In this document: positions 1 to 9,505 of the stretch, in pieces | Position numbering within the stretch: the first letter of the stretch is position 1 | How the letters are laid out: every line of letters starts with the position of its first letter | Assembly: GCA_963791045.1 (NCBI GenBank) | Contig: CAWBQK010000006.1 | Span: forward strand, 192,001-256,000 | DNA from: Candidatus Latescibacterota bacterium | GTDB taxonomy: Bacteria; Krumholzibacteriota; Krumholzibacteriia; WVZY01 | Length of the DNA: 64,000 nt | Direction of reading: 5' to 3' | Made by a program: the position numbers and the translations under genes | Notes under the pieces: model-generated | Told to the model about the DNA's origin: nothing | Database searches by the model: none | The model's input: the letters and a program-made list of their open reading frames with translations, nothing else

Positions 1-160
1 AGTTTCGAGGGGCTCTCGGCGCTTCTCGGAATGTTGAACACTTGCGCGTCGGGTGTGAGCGTCGTGAATATCGATAACGGATTTGGCGCGGGTTGTGTTG
101 CCGCGCTCATTTGCGCGCGGGCGCACAAGCTCGCCGCGAGAAATCGAGAAGAAATCATGA
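1..160 (+). CDS. larB: Nickel-pincer cofactor biosynthesis protein LarB (PurE/AIR-carboxylase-like), C-terminal fragment
   Basis: Frame 1 reads [31 protein letters not shown], the characteristic LarB C-terminus. The exact stop is unclear: an ATGA overlap at 157-160 is out of frame, probably because of an indel. Confidence 0.85.
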
Positions 161-1323
161 CAAAAGCACTGTTGATCGATCCGTTTTCGGGCGACGAGTG
201 GAGACATGTTTCTCGCGGCGCTCGTCGATGTCGGCGCGCCGTTCGAGACGATCCGCGACACAGTCCTTTCTATTCCGGAGTTGGGATCAGTTCGAGCCGA
301 GGTTCAGAAAGGTCACACGCGGCGTTTTCGCCGCGACGCGGATCGAAGTGTCTTGCCCCGAGCAGCATCACCATCGGTCGATTTCAAATATTCGTGCGAT
401 CATCGAAGGATCGAACTGTCAGCGGGAGTGAAAGCGGGCGCGATCGCCACGTTTGACAGGCTTGCCGACGCCGAAGCCAAAGTTCACGGGAGTGACAGGG
501 AGGACGTTCATTTCCATGAAGTCGGTGCGCTCGATGCGATGTTCGACATTATCGGTGCTCATGTGGCGCTCGAATCGCTTGGCTCTCCGCTGTGCCTCAC
601 GCGGCCATGTGTCCTTTGGACCGGGAACGACGATGTGCCAGCACGGTGAGATCCCCATCCCCGTGCCGGCGACGACCGAACTTCTTTCCGGGCACAAGGT
701 CCGGTTTACCGAACGGAACGGAGAACTGGTCACGCCGACGGGCGCGGCGATTATTGCGGAAGTTTTCAAACCGATCGGACCGGACGACTCTTTGTGCCGG
801 AAGCGTTGGTTACGGTGCGGGTACTCGTGAGAACGAGGGGCTTCCCAATGTGCTCCGCGCAATGATCGGAACCGTTGAGGAGGGTCCGGCCAGGGTATGC
901 ATCGTGACCAGCACGATCGATGATATGAACCCGGAAGTCTACGGCCACCTCATGGATGGCCTGTTCGCCGAGGGATGTCTCGATGTGTACTACAATTCTG
1001 TAATGATGAAAAAGAACCGTCCTGGCGTCGAGATCACGGTGACAACCGAGGAAAAGGATGTCTATCGCATCATCGATTTTCTGATGACGCATACGACGAC
1101 GCTTGGGGTTCGTGTGAATCGCGAAGAACGCGTCGAACTTCGCCGGCGCAAGGATACGGTCAAGACGTCGTTCGGGACCGTTACCGTCAAAGTGGCCGAG
1201 CGCCCCGGTGGTGTCGAGACGATGAGTCCCGAATACGAATCGTGCAAGGTGGCCGCGGAGTCGGCGGGTGTCCCGCTAATGGATGTATACGAGGCGGCAA
1301 GAAGGGCATGGGAAAAACGTTGA
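157..1323 (+). CDS. larC: Nickel insertion protein LarC (frameshifted in this assembly)
   Basis: Pieces across frames: [35 protein letters not shown]...[75 protein letters not shown]. Several frame switches between ~195 and ~810. Confidence 0.88.
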
Positions 1324-2069
1324 AATCAAAACGAATCGTCGGAGTCTTCGCCGTAGTCGTTGCGCTCGCGTCGCTTGCCCTGTTGTGGGGATGCGCGAAA
1401 CAGACCAAATCGCCGGCGGAAAAAGTGTATCTCCACAAAGTCGAGTCGGGTGAGACCCTCTCGGGGATTGCCGAAGATTATTATGGCAACGCGTCTCGTG
1501 GCGTCGTTATCGGAGAGTTCAACGCCGTCGACGACGAAGCCTTGAAGCCCGGAATGGTTATTAGGGTGCCGATGACGCAGGAAGACGTTGACCGGCTTAC
1601 GACGCGCGAGCGGGCGCGGGAGCCTTACAATGAAGGTCTGGAGTTGGCCGAGAACGGGTCTTACATCGATGCCGTAGAGCGGTTCAACGAGGCTCTGGCG
1701 ATCGACCCGGATTTCGTCGATGCCGAATACAACCTCGGTGTTACTCTCAAGATGCTTAAATCATACGAGAAAGCAATTCGTCACCTGGACAGGGCCGTCG
1801 AACTTCGGCCGGATAATTCCGAGTATCGTTTCGCGCTGGGGAACTGCCTTTTTCACATCAATCGTTTTGGGGATGCGGCCGATTCGTTCGAGAAGGTCGT
1901 CGCGGCGGACTCGTCTCAGACCAAAGCGCTTTACAGTCTCGCGGTGTGTTATGAGAAGCTTGGGCGTCGCGAGAAGGCTATTCAGGCCTGGGAGCGTTAC
2001 CTCGTGCTCGATCCGACGAGCGCGTGGGCGATCGAGGCGCGCAAACGGCTCGACGAACTGAAGAATTGA
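1308..2069 (+). CDS. LysM + TPR domain lipoprotein
   Basis: Lipobox-like LLWGC; LysM motif HKVESGETLSGIAEDYYG; several TPRs (ALAIDPDFVDAEYNLG, YRFALGNCLF). The start overlaps the larC stop. Confidence 0.8.
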   Translation: MGKTLKSKRIVGVFAVVVALASLALLWGCAKQTKSPAEKVYLHKVESGETLSGIAEDYYGNASRGVVIGEFNAVDDEALKPGMVIRVPMTQEDVDRLTTRERAREPYNEGLELAENGSYIDAVERFNEALAIDPDFVDAEYNLGVTLKMLKSYEKAIRHLDRAVELRPDNSEYRFALGNCLFHINRFGDAADSFEKVVAADSSQTKALYSLAVCYEKLGRREKAIQAWERYLVLDPTSAWAIEARKRLDELKN

Positions 2070-2112
2070 AACAATTTCAACAATCTTTGACATTGAAATC
2101 ATCGGTTTATGA

Positions 2113-3540
2113 ATGATCCAACTGGACCGCATTTCCGTCTCGCTCCCCCCCAACCGTTCCGACGCAAAAACCATTCTTGAACATATTTCGATGACCATCG
2201 GCGCCGGCGAGTGGGTGGCTCTGACCGGTCCCAACGGATCGGGGAAGTCGACTCTTTTAAAGACGCTGGCCGGGCTTTACCCGGCCCGGGAGGGTAGAGT
2301 CCGGTTTGGCGATGACGCGGAAGGATCGGCCGCACCGAGGCCGCGTATGGCCATTCTACTCCAGGAGCCGGACAACCAGTTTGTGGCGAGTTCTGTGGCC
2401 AACGAACTGGAGCTGAGCCCGCCGCCCGGCATCGCCGCCGTCGAGCGCGCGTCGCGGATTGAAGAGGCGATCGAGCGGTTCGGCCTTCGGGCATTCGTTG
2501 AGCGCAACCCGCACCGGCTCTCGGGAGGGGAGAAGCAGAGACTTGCCGTGGCGACCGTTTGGCTCGCCGCTCCCGATGTGCTCCTCCTCGACGAACCCAC
2601 ATCGTATCTCGATTCTGATGCGAGAAATCGTTGTGTCGAATTTGTCGGGACAATGAAACGTGAAGGGGTAACGATCGTGTGGGCGACGCCCGGCGGAGAG
2701 GATCTTCTCGATGCCGACAGGGTGGTATGTCTCGATAAGGGTCGCGTGTGTCATGACGGCCCGGCGCAAACCATCGGAGAATGGATCGAAAAATCCGGTG
2801 TGGATATTATTCCGCCGTTAAGCGGGTGCGCGGATGCGCCGATAAACCTGGCGGCGGACGGTGAGAAATCACCGGACACCGCGGAGGTGTTGATCTCACT
2901 TCGCGACGTTGGGTTTGCATATGACGAGGGCAACGTCCTGACCGGTGTGAACGCGGAGATCCGCGCGGGCGAGGTAGTGGGGATTTCCGGCAAGAATGGC
3001 TCGGGAAAATCGACGCTGCTGTCGCTCGTGGGTGGTGTGCTCGAACCGACCGATGGGGTTGTCGACCGCAAATACGAAAGTCCCGTCGTCCGACAGCCGG
3101 ATGGTGGTTCGGAGCAGGCCGTGTTCTATTTGTTTCAGAGCCCGGAGCGGCTGTTTTTTGCCGAAACGGTGGCCGAAGAAATCGCCTTCGGGTTGAAGTC
3201 CCTCGGGGTTGACGAGAGGGAAGCGACGTCGATCGTCGCCGAGTCACTGGACCGAGTGGGACTCGATCCGGATTCGTTCTCGTCGCGATCGCCCTTCTCC
3301 CTGAGCCTCGGCGAGATGCGCCGGGTCGCCTTCGCGATTGCCCTGGCGCTTCGCCCAAAACTCCTGTTGCTCGATGAGCCCAACTCCTGTCTCGACCGCG
3401 CCGGTCTGGAAGTGCTCGCCCGACTCATCGCTGATTTCAGCGCCCGGGGTTGTGCCGTTGTCATGGCCTCGCACGACGCACGGGTTCTCCGCGGGATGAC
3501 CCGCCGCGTCATCGACGTATCAGATGGTTTCTCGCCATGA
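2113..3540 (+). CDS. ECF-type ABC transporter ATPase with two fused ABC domains (EcfA-EcfA'-like)
   Basis: Two Walker A motifs (GPNGSGKST, GKNGSGKST), Q-loops QEPDNQF and FQSPERLFF, signatures LSGGEKQR and LSLGEMRR, two LLDEP motifs. Confidence 0.88.
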   Translation: MIQLDRISVSLPPNRSDAKTILEHISMTIGAGEWVALTGPNGSGKSTLLKTLAGLYPAREGRVRFGDDAEGSAAPRPRMAILLQEPDNQFVASSVANELELSPPPGIAAVERASRIEEAIERFGLRAFVERNPHRLSGGEKQRLAVATVWLAAPDVLLLDEPTSYLDSDARNRCVEFVGTMKREGVTIVWATPGGEDLLDADRVVCLDKGRVCHDGPAQTIGEWIEKSGVDIIPPLSGCADAPINLAADGEKSPDTAEVLISLRDVGFAYDEGNVLTGVNAEIRAGEVVGISGKNGSGKSTLLSLVGGVLEPTDGVVDRKYESPVVRQPDGGSEQAVFYLFQSPERLFFAETVAEEIAFGLKSLGVDEREATSIVAESLDRVGLDPDSFSSRSPFSLSLGEMRRVAFAIALALRPKLLLLDEPNSCLDRAGLEVLARLIADFSARGCAVVMASHDARVLRGMTRRVIDVSDGFSP

Positions 3541-3641
3541 TCTTGTTTGCTATTAGAGGTGGGCGGACACTTAGGGGCCGAAAACTAAGAGACGGTTCTG
3601 GTACCATACTCAGGCCCGATGAAGATTTTAGGAAGGACGAA

Positions 3642-5114
3642 ATGTTGAAGAATTTGTCAGCAAGAATTGGTATTGGAATAATTATCCTGCTATTTTGCTT
3701 TTCCAAAACCGCTCAGGCCACTGAAGGGACAAAATTTAATCTGCTTCTCAATCCGAAAATGAGCTCGGAAAATTCATTTTCGGGAAGGTTATTTATTTTA
3801 CTTGAAAGAGATCCATACTTTCTGCCCATGAATCGCACAAGACCATCAAATAACTCGCCGTGGTTTTCAACAGATATAGAATCTTGGAAATTAAATACAA
3901 ATCTGGTAATTGATGACGGGCTTTTGGGTTATCCGTATTCACCGGAGGACTTACCAGCAGGTATGTATTTGGCTCAGGCAGTGCTGGATATCAATAAGTA
4001 TGAACCTGGTTTTTTAAATAACCAGGGGAACTTCTACTCCAAACCAATAGCCATATATGTCGAGAAAGATAAACAGAAGGTGTATAACCTTATTTTAGAT
4101 CAGACAATTGAAGATACCTCCCCGGCAGAAACTCCCTTCCTTTTTGCCGCAAAATTAAAGAGTAATATCTTAACCGAATTTAATGGATACCCCACCTACC
4201 TCAAAGGAGCTGTCCATTTACCCGAGAACTATTTTGTCGATGTTCATCAATATTATCCGATTGTCTTTATATTGCCTGGTTTTGGCACCGCCTACGACAA
4301 GGCTTTTCAGGATGATTTCCAAAGGCAAAGATATGGTGTAACAAGCTATGGAAAGGATAAGATATTTATATTTTTGGATCAGGCCTGTCGGTTGGGCAAC
4401 CATGTTTGGGCAGATTCAGAAAATAATGGTCCCTGGGGCAGAGCTTTTGTGGAAGAACTCATTCCTTATATTAACAAAACATACAGAGTCACCACTGATC
4501 CTGATAAGCGATTTCTGCTGGGACAATCCTCAGGGGCATGGGCTGGATTGTGGCTCCAAATAAATAATCCCAAGAAATTCGGCGGGGTTTGGGCTCTTTC
4601 ACCTGATCCTATTGATTTCACTTCGTTTTTGGGAGTAAACATTTATTCAGGGGAAAGCAGTTTATATCAATCATCAGATCCAAAGGTTATTCAACGGACT
4701 TTGATGTTGTCAAAAATCGACCAGGTTTTTGGATCCGGCTGGGCTGTGAGTACATTTGAAGCGGTTTTCAGTCCAAGAAATAAGAAGGGAGAACCGCAGC
4801 AATTGTGGAATAGACAAACTGGCAAAATAGATTCAAAGGTGGCCCGAGCATGGGAAAAATATGATATCCATAAAATTATAAAACAGAAATGGACCATATT
4901 AATGCCGGATATCCAGGATAAAATTCATATCTATGTTGCAGAGGATGATCCCTTTGGTCTTCATATTCCAGTTCAAATGCTTCAAAAAACAATCAAAGAT
5001 GAAAATCTTGAGGGAATTGAAGCCCTGGTTTTCCCAGGCGGCGGACATGATCTCTGGTCAGATGAAATGAGGGAAAAAATATACACTACGATCAATTCTA
5101 AAATTACAGACTAA
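3642..5114 (+). CDS. Secreted alpha/beta-hydrolase, putative esterase family; AT-rich gene
   Basis: Signal peptide; YPIVFILPGFG, DSENNGPWGRAFVEELIPYI, nucleophile elbow GQSSG, C-terminal GGGHD. Confidence 0.8.
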   Translation: MLKNLSARIGIGIIILLFCFSKTAQATEGTKFNLLLNPKMSSENSFSGRLFILLERDPYFLPMNRTRPSNNSPWFSTDIESWKLNTNLVIDDGLLGYPYSPEDLPAGMYLAQAVLDINKYEPGFLNNQGNFYSKPIAIYVEKDKQKVYNLILDQTIEDTSPAETPFLFAAKLKSNILTEFNGYPTYLKGAVHLPENYFVDVHQYYPIVFILPGFGTAYDKAFQDDFQRQRYGVTSYGKDKIFIFLDQACRLGNHVWADSENNGPWGRAFVEELIPYINKTYRVTTDPDKRFLLGQSSGAWAGLWLQINNPKKFGGVWALSPDPIDFTSFLGVNIYSGESSLYQSSDPKVIQRTLMLSKIDQVFGSGWAVSTFEAVFSPRNKKGEPQQLWNRQTGKIDSKVARAWEKYDIHKIIKQKWTILMPDIQDKIHIYVAEDDPFGLHIPVQMLQKTIKDENLEGIEALVFPGGGHDLWSDEMREKIYTTINSKITD

Positions 5115-5165
5115 AGAAGAACCGTTAAGGATAGGAGACTGGTTGGCATTCGGTGTCCCGCCGCC

Positions 5166-7850
5166 TCATTCTATGCACACACGGAAACCAATGTACGCCT
5201 TCCGCGGTTCGGCGTGCGCCGAGCGTTTGTCGCGCGAAGACACCGCCGTCAGGCCCATCGCTTCTCCTTTGTCGCCGTTTACGGCCCACTCGGCGACATT
5301 GCCGCCGAGATCGTATATGCCCGCGTCACCCGCCGGCCGCATCGAACCGACATCTTCAATAAGGAGTCGTGTTGTTTCCAGTTCATCAATCTTGGCGTCG
5401 AGCATCGCCATTTCGTCGGGTGTCGGCGTATACCCGACCCACCTTTCGAGATTGTTCTCGTTGGCCAGGTTCGATTTCGCCAGCTTGATGAGCTTTGACA
5501 TTTCGTCGCTGGTGGGGAGGCGGTAGGTCTGCTCCGTCTTGTCGCTGAGCCACCGGCAGTACGCCACCGCGTCCTCGAAGGAAACGCCGTTGGCCGGGTG
5601 GTTCTCGGTGCCGGGAGCGAGTTCATAATCCGGCTTAAAAGCCTTGTATTGGGCGCGAGTCACTTCGAAGCGGCCGACCTTTAATCCGGCGGCCTCGACG
5701 ATCTCCGGGACGATGAGCCTGTTCTGGCTTTTGCCATAGAGTTCGCCGCTTCGTGCGATCTCCGATTGCTTTATCGAAAGCGCGAGGAGCGACTTGTCAT
5801 CGAAGGCCTCGTTTTCTTCCTCGTAGGAATCAAAGAGATACTTGTCGAGCCAATCGAGTTCCTCCTCCATCTTTCGTTTCTGGTGCGCAAGCTTGCGGGG
5901 GCCGTGTCCCTCACCGGGGAAGAGAAGGAACCGGACCGGTGTCGTGCCGATCTGCTGCATCGCGCGGAAGTGCTCCCAGCCCTGCTCGGTGGGAACCGAG
6001 GTGTCGGCGGATCCGAACATGATTAGCGTCGGCGTCTTCAGGTCGCGCATGCGGAAGAACGGCGATTTTTCAACATAGGTTTCGGGGATATCCCAGGGCG
6101 CGCCGCCAAAATAGGCATTATCGAAGCCTGCGCCGAAGCGGCAGTTGCCGTAATCGCTCGTCCAGTTGACGTCGCCGGCGCCCGCGCTGAGAACCTTGAA
6201 GCGATCCGTGCGGATGCAGGCCTCGATTGCGAGGATCGACCCGTTGCTCCACCCCATGATTCCCTGCCGGTCGGGATCGACGAGGCCACGATCGATCAAG
6301 TGGTCGATGCCGGTGAGGATGTCCGGGACTTCGTACTCGTAGTAGTGTTCTTTTATTGATTCAGCCCACCGGAGCCCGTAATTTCCGCTTCCGTGATAAT
6401 TGACCTGAAAAACAAACGTGCCTTTCGATGAAAGCATGTGCGGGTAGTTGCTCCATCTCTCCGTGAAGAAGTCAGGGTCGACACCCGTCGGGCCGCCGTG
6501 TATAGACGCGACGACGGGATATTTTTTACCCTCTTCATAATCGAGCGGATAGAAGAGAACTCCTTCGACTTCTTCATCGAGCGAACCGGTCCAGCGGACG
6601 ATCTCGGAACGCGCGAGCTTTTTCTTTTTCAGGTGTTTGTTGATTTTTGCGATCTCTTTTTCATCCTTCAACGAGCCTTTTCTTACCGTGGCCGTCATGT
6701 TTTCCGGCACCGTGGAAGCATTGGAGACCGTGTAGACGATTCGGTTGCCGCTTCGCAGTCCGGCCCCGAGTCGGATTGACTTCTTTGTTCCGGATTCAAC
6801 AACGTATCTCTTGCCGACACGCCGACCATCCATTCTGAGATGGACGATTTCGTCCCTGACACCACCGGCAAGCGCGGCGACGATACCGTCTTCGACGACG
6901 ACGTACGTTCTCCCGATTCCGTTGGCGCTGCCCGTTTCCACTCTGGTGAAGACGCCCGTATCTGGTTCAAAATAATAAAGTTCGTTGATGCTTACGTATG
7001 TGTCGGTGGAGTCGCTCGCCAGCGGACGGCGGCAAAAAATCCCCCGCCCTCGACTATCCCATTTGAAATCGAATGCGTCGACGTGGGGCGCGGTGAGAAT
7101 TTCCTTTCGCTCTCCCGTGGTGAAATCCATGAGAAACTGGCGCGGCGGATTTCTGTGATCGTAGGTGTAGTTGACGTCAACATTCTCATTCGTTACCACC
7201 CAACGCCCGTCCGGGGAAATGTCGAATTCCATAATCGCGCCCTGGTTCGAAGTGAGGCGTTTGACCTTTTCATCTTTTACGATGAGTTCGAAGAGCCGCA
7301 CCGGCGGATAGTTTTCCTGATCGGCGACGATCACCGTCGTGTCTTTGGCTTTCTTGAGTTTTTGTTCGCGGAATGTTGAATCCTCGCGCGCCGAGAAGAC
7401 GATTCTGTCGTCGTCACGCCACGCAAAATCACGGACCCCGTTTGACACGCTTGAAATCTTTTTCGGCTCGCCGCCACGGATATCATATAGATAGATTTGG
7501 GTTTTCGCTTTTCCGTGTTGGCTGAGGTAGGCAAGTCTGGAACCATCCGGGGAAAACTTCGGGTTGAGATCGTTCTTTGTCGCCCGCGTAATTTCGAGGA
7601 CGGTTGTATCCTCGGTGCTCGAGAGGAAGATATTCGTTTTCCGTTTGCTCTCTTCCTTGTCCGGCGTTGTTTTGACCCAGACGACCCATTTGCCGTCGGG
7701 CGAGATGTTAAATGCCCCCGCGAATTCGATATTCACGATGTCATCAACCGTGATTGGTTTTGCGTCATCTGCGGCCGATGCATAGCCGGCCGATCCGGCG
7801 GCGAACACGAGAGCGAGTGCAAAAAGAAATGTTGTTGTGGCCCGAATCAT
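5166..7850 (-). CDS. S9 family peptidase (beta-propeller + prolyl-oligopeptidase domain) with a C-terminal FGE/SUMF1-type domain
   Basis: Signal peptide; PD40-like SPDG repeats; IHGGP, GWSNG nucleophile, DTSVP and GEGHG; C-terminal FEVTRAQY, HPANGVSFEDAVAYCRWLS, YRLPT, YDLGGNVAEW, IGFRV. RBS GGAGG upstream of ATG 7850. Confidence 0.88.
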   Translation of the reverse strand: MIRATTTFLFALALVFAAGSAGYASAADDAKPITVDDIVNIEFAGAFNISPDGKWVVWVKTTPDKEESKRKTNIFLSSTEDTTVLEITRATKNDLNPKFSPDGSRLAYLSQHGKAKTQIYLYDIRGGEPKKISSVSNGVRDFAWRDDDRIVFSAREDSTFREQKLKKAKDTTVIVADQENYPPVRLFELIVKDEKVKRLTSNQGAIMEFDISPDGRWVVTNENVDVNYTYDHRNPPRQFLMDFTTGERKEILTAPHVDAFDFKWDSRGRGIFCRRPLASDSTDTYVSINELYYFEPDTGVFTRVETGSANGIGRTYVVVEDGIVAALAGGVRDEIVHLRMDGRRVGKRYVVESGTKKSIRLGAGLRSGNRIVYTVSNASTVPENMTATVRKGSLKDEKEIAKINKHLKKKKLARSEIVRWTGSLDEEVEGVLFYPLDYEEGKKYPVVASIHGGPTGVDPDFFTERWSNYPHMLSSKGTFVFQVNYHGSGNYGLRWAESIKEHYYEYEVPDILTGIDHLIDRGLVDPDRQGIMGWSNGSILAIEACIRTDRFKVLSAGAGDVNWTSDYGNCRFGAGFDNAYFGGAPWDIPETYVEKSPFFRMRDLKTPTLIMFGSADTSVPTEQGWEHFRAMQQIGTTPVRFLLFPGEGHGPRKLAHQKRKMEEELDWLDKYLFDSYEEENEAFDDKSLLALSIKQSEIARSGELYGKSQNRLIVPEIVEAAGLKVGRFEVTRAQYKAFKPDYELAPGTENHPANGVSFEDAVAYCRWLSDKTEQTYRLPTSDEMSKLIKLAKSNLANENNLERWVGYTPTPDEMAMLDAKIDELETTRLLIEDVGSMRPAGDAGIYDLGGNVAEWAVNGDKGEAMGLTAVSSRDKRSAHAEPRKAYIGFRVCIE

Positions 7851-8035
7851 GGATCCTCCCGGGAAGTGGATGGAACGCCCCACCTTTTCTCTGTGATGGT
7901 TCGAATTATTGAGTGTAACCGCGAATCGCCCCGGTTTGAAGCGAGATCTTGAGATCGAGGCGCTCGTGTTTTGTGATACACTCGGCCGAACCCCGGTGAC
8001 GCCTGGATCATTTTGACGCCATTGGATGATAACGA

Positions 8036-8956
8036 ATGAAAATAAAGGAATGGGCCGTATTTCTAACACTCACCTTTATCTGGGGTGCGTCGTTCCTGTG
8101 GATCAAGATCGCCGTCGCGGAAATCGATCCGTTTTCGCTCGTGGCATTCAGGTTGACACTTGGGATTCTCGGTCTTGTCGTTTTCTTCGCGTTCAAGAAA
8201 CCGCCCATCCCGCGGGAATTTCGTGTATGGGTATCGCTCGCCGTTTTGGGGCTTTTGAGTTCGGCGATTCCGTGGGTTTTGATCTCGTGGGCGGAAACGT
8301 CGATCGATTCGGCGATCGCCGGTGTCCTCAACGGAACGGTTCCTCTTTTTACGATCCTCATCGCGCACTTTTTTCTCCACGACGACAGAATGACGTTTCA
8401 AAGGATTACGGGCCTTCTCCTGGGGTTCGCCGGCGTTGTGGTGTTGACGCAGCGTGACGGGGGGCTCGCGAACCTTTTTGCGGAGGGGGGGATCAGCCGG
8501 AATCTCATCGGCCAGGGGGCGATGCTCCTTTCCTCGTTGTCGTACGCGGTGAGCGGAGTCCACGCCCGCCGGAATCTCCGCAATGTGAGTCCGCTGGTTC
8601 AGGCGTTTTTCTCCATGGTGTTTGCGCTCGTTGCGATACTTTGTGTCATTCCATTGATGGGAGGTACGCTGGTTATTCCGTCGCAGACGGATACGTGGGT
8701 GGCGCTAATCTGGTTGGGGGTTCTTGGGGCCGGTATCGCATCGTTCATTTTTTACTATCTGCTCCATGCCGTTGGCCCCACGCGCGCGTCGCTGGTGACG
8801 TATACGCTTCCAGTTGTGAGCGTTACGCTTGGTGTGATAGTGTTGAAAGAGAGGCTTGATTGGTGGCTTTTGGCAGGGTCACTCCTCATTGTATCGGGTG
8901 TATGGGTCGTCAACAGGCGCCGCAGAGTTAAGCCGGTTGCTCTCTCAAAGTCGTAG
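8036..8956 (+). CDS. EamA/DMT family transporter
   Basis: About 10 hydrophobic segments; IWGASFLWIKIAV, DSAIAGVLNGTVPLFT, GPTRASLVTYTLPVV, LKERL. Confidence 0.9.
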   Translation: MKIKEWAVFLTLTFIWGASFLWIKIAVAEIDPFSLVAFRLTLGILGLVVFFAFKKPPIPREFRVWVSLAVLGLLSSAIPWVLISWAETSIDSAIAGVLNGTVPLFTILIAHFFLHDDRMTFQRITGLLLGFAGVVVLTQRDGGLANLFAEGGISRNLIGQGAMLLSSLSYAVSGVHARRNLRNVSPLVQAFFSMVFALVAILCVIPLMGGTLVIPSQTDTWVALIWLGVLGAGIASFIFYYLLHAVGPTRASLVTYTLPVVSVTLGVIVLKERLDWWLLAGSLLIVSGVWVVNRRRRVKPVALSKS

Positions 8957-8978
8957 TCGAAGGAGGGTTCGAAAGGTG

Positions 8979-9470
8979 ATGGGACGCAATAGCAGGATCG
9001 GACGAATCGGGATGCTTCTGGCGCTGATTGTAGTGATGATGGGGTGTACCGGCACGCGCCACAAGGACCGGTTCAAGTGGGACACAATCATTGCCACGAT
9101 CATCAAGCAAAAGGAAACAACCGGTGATTCGACGTTTCTCGATGTTCGGCGAGTCATGCCATTCGGGTGGGAAACCCTCTATGTTTTTCCGCCGCACACA
9201 CCGCTCAATTATATCGAACAAACGTTGGGATTCAAGTGGGGGAAATCAAAAGACACGCGGATCGACGAGCGCGAAGATATTACGTTGCTCGTATTCGTGA
9301 CGGGGCAAACCGTAAGCGAATACGTCGAGCATCCGCGTTCGAAGGGCGATTTTTCGATGTTAAAGGCCGCGTACGCTTACACCCCGGACGAGGCATATTT
9401 CGAGGTCATTGTCAAACCTGGCGAGGGAAAGCCGTTGTTTGTTTTCGAAGAGGCGGAGCGCCCTCGCTGA
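8979..9470 (+). CDS. Hypothetical lipoprotein
   Basis: Basic N-terminus, hydrophobic stretch ending VMMGC, SD-like GGAGG/GAAAGG upstream. Confidence 0.65.
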   Translation: MGRNSRIGRIGMLLALIVVMMGCTGTRHKDRFKWDTIIATIIKQKETTGDSTFLDVRRVMPFGWETLYVFPPHTPLNYIEQTLGFKWGKSKDTRIDEREDITLLVFVTGQTVSEYVEHPRSKGDFSMLKAAYAYTPDEAYFEVIVKPGEGKPLFVFEEAERPR

Positions 9471-9505
9471 CGCCCGTTTCCAGTGCGCCACTCCAACGCC
9501 AAAGC

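Noticed and set aside
157-1323. Programmed ribosomal frameshift in larC (as described for Lactobacillus larC1/C2), or a LarB-LarC fusion
   Set aside because: There are several frame breaks here and similar indels across the window, with no clear slippery site. Sequencing error is the simpler explanation.
5166-5330. Diversity-generating retroelement variable region at the FGE/C-lectin C-terminus
   Set aside because: I saw no template repeat and no reverse transcriptase in the window. A trans-acting DGR elsewhere cannot be excluded.
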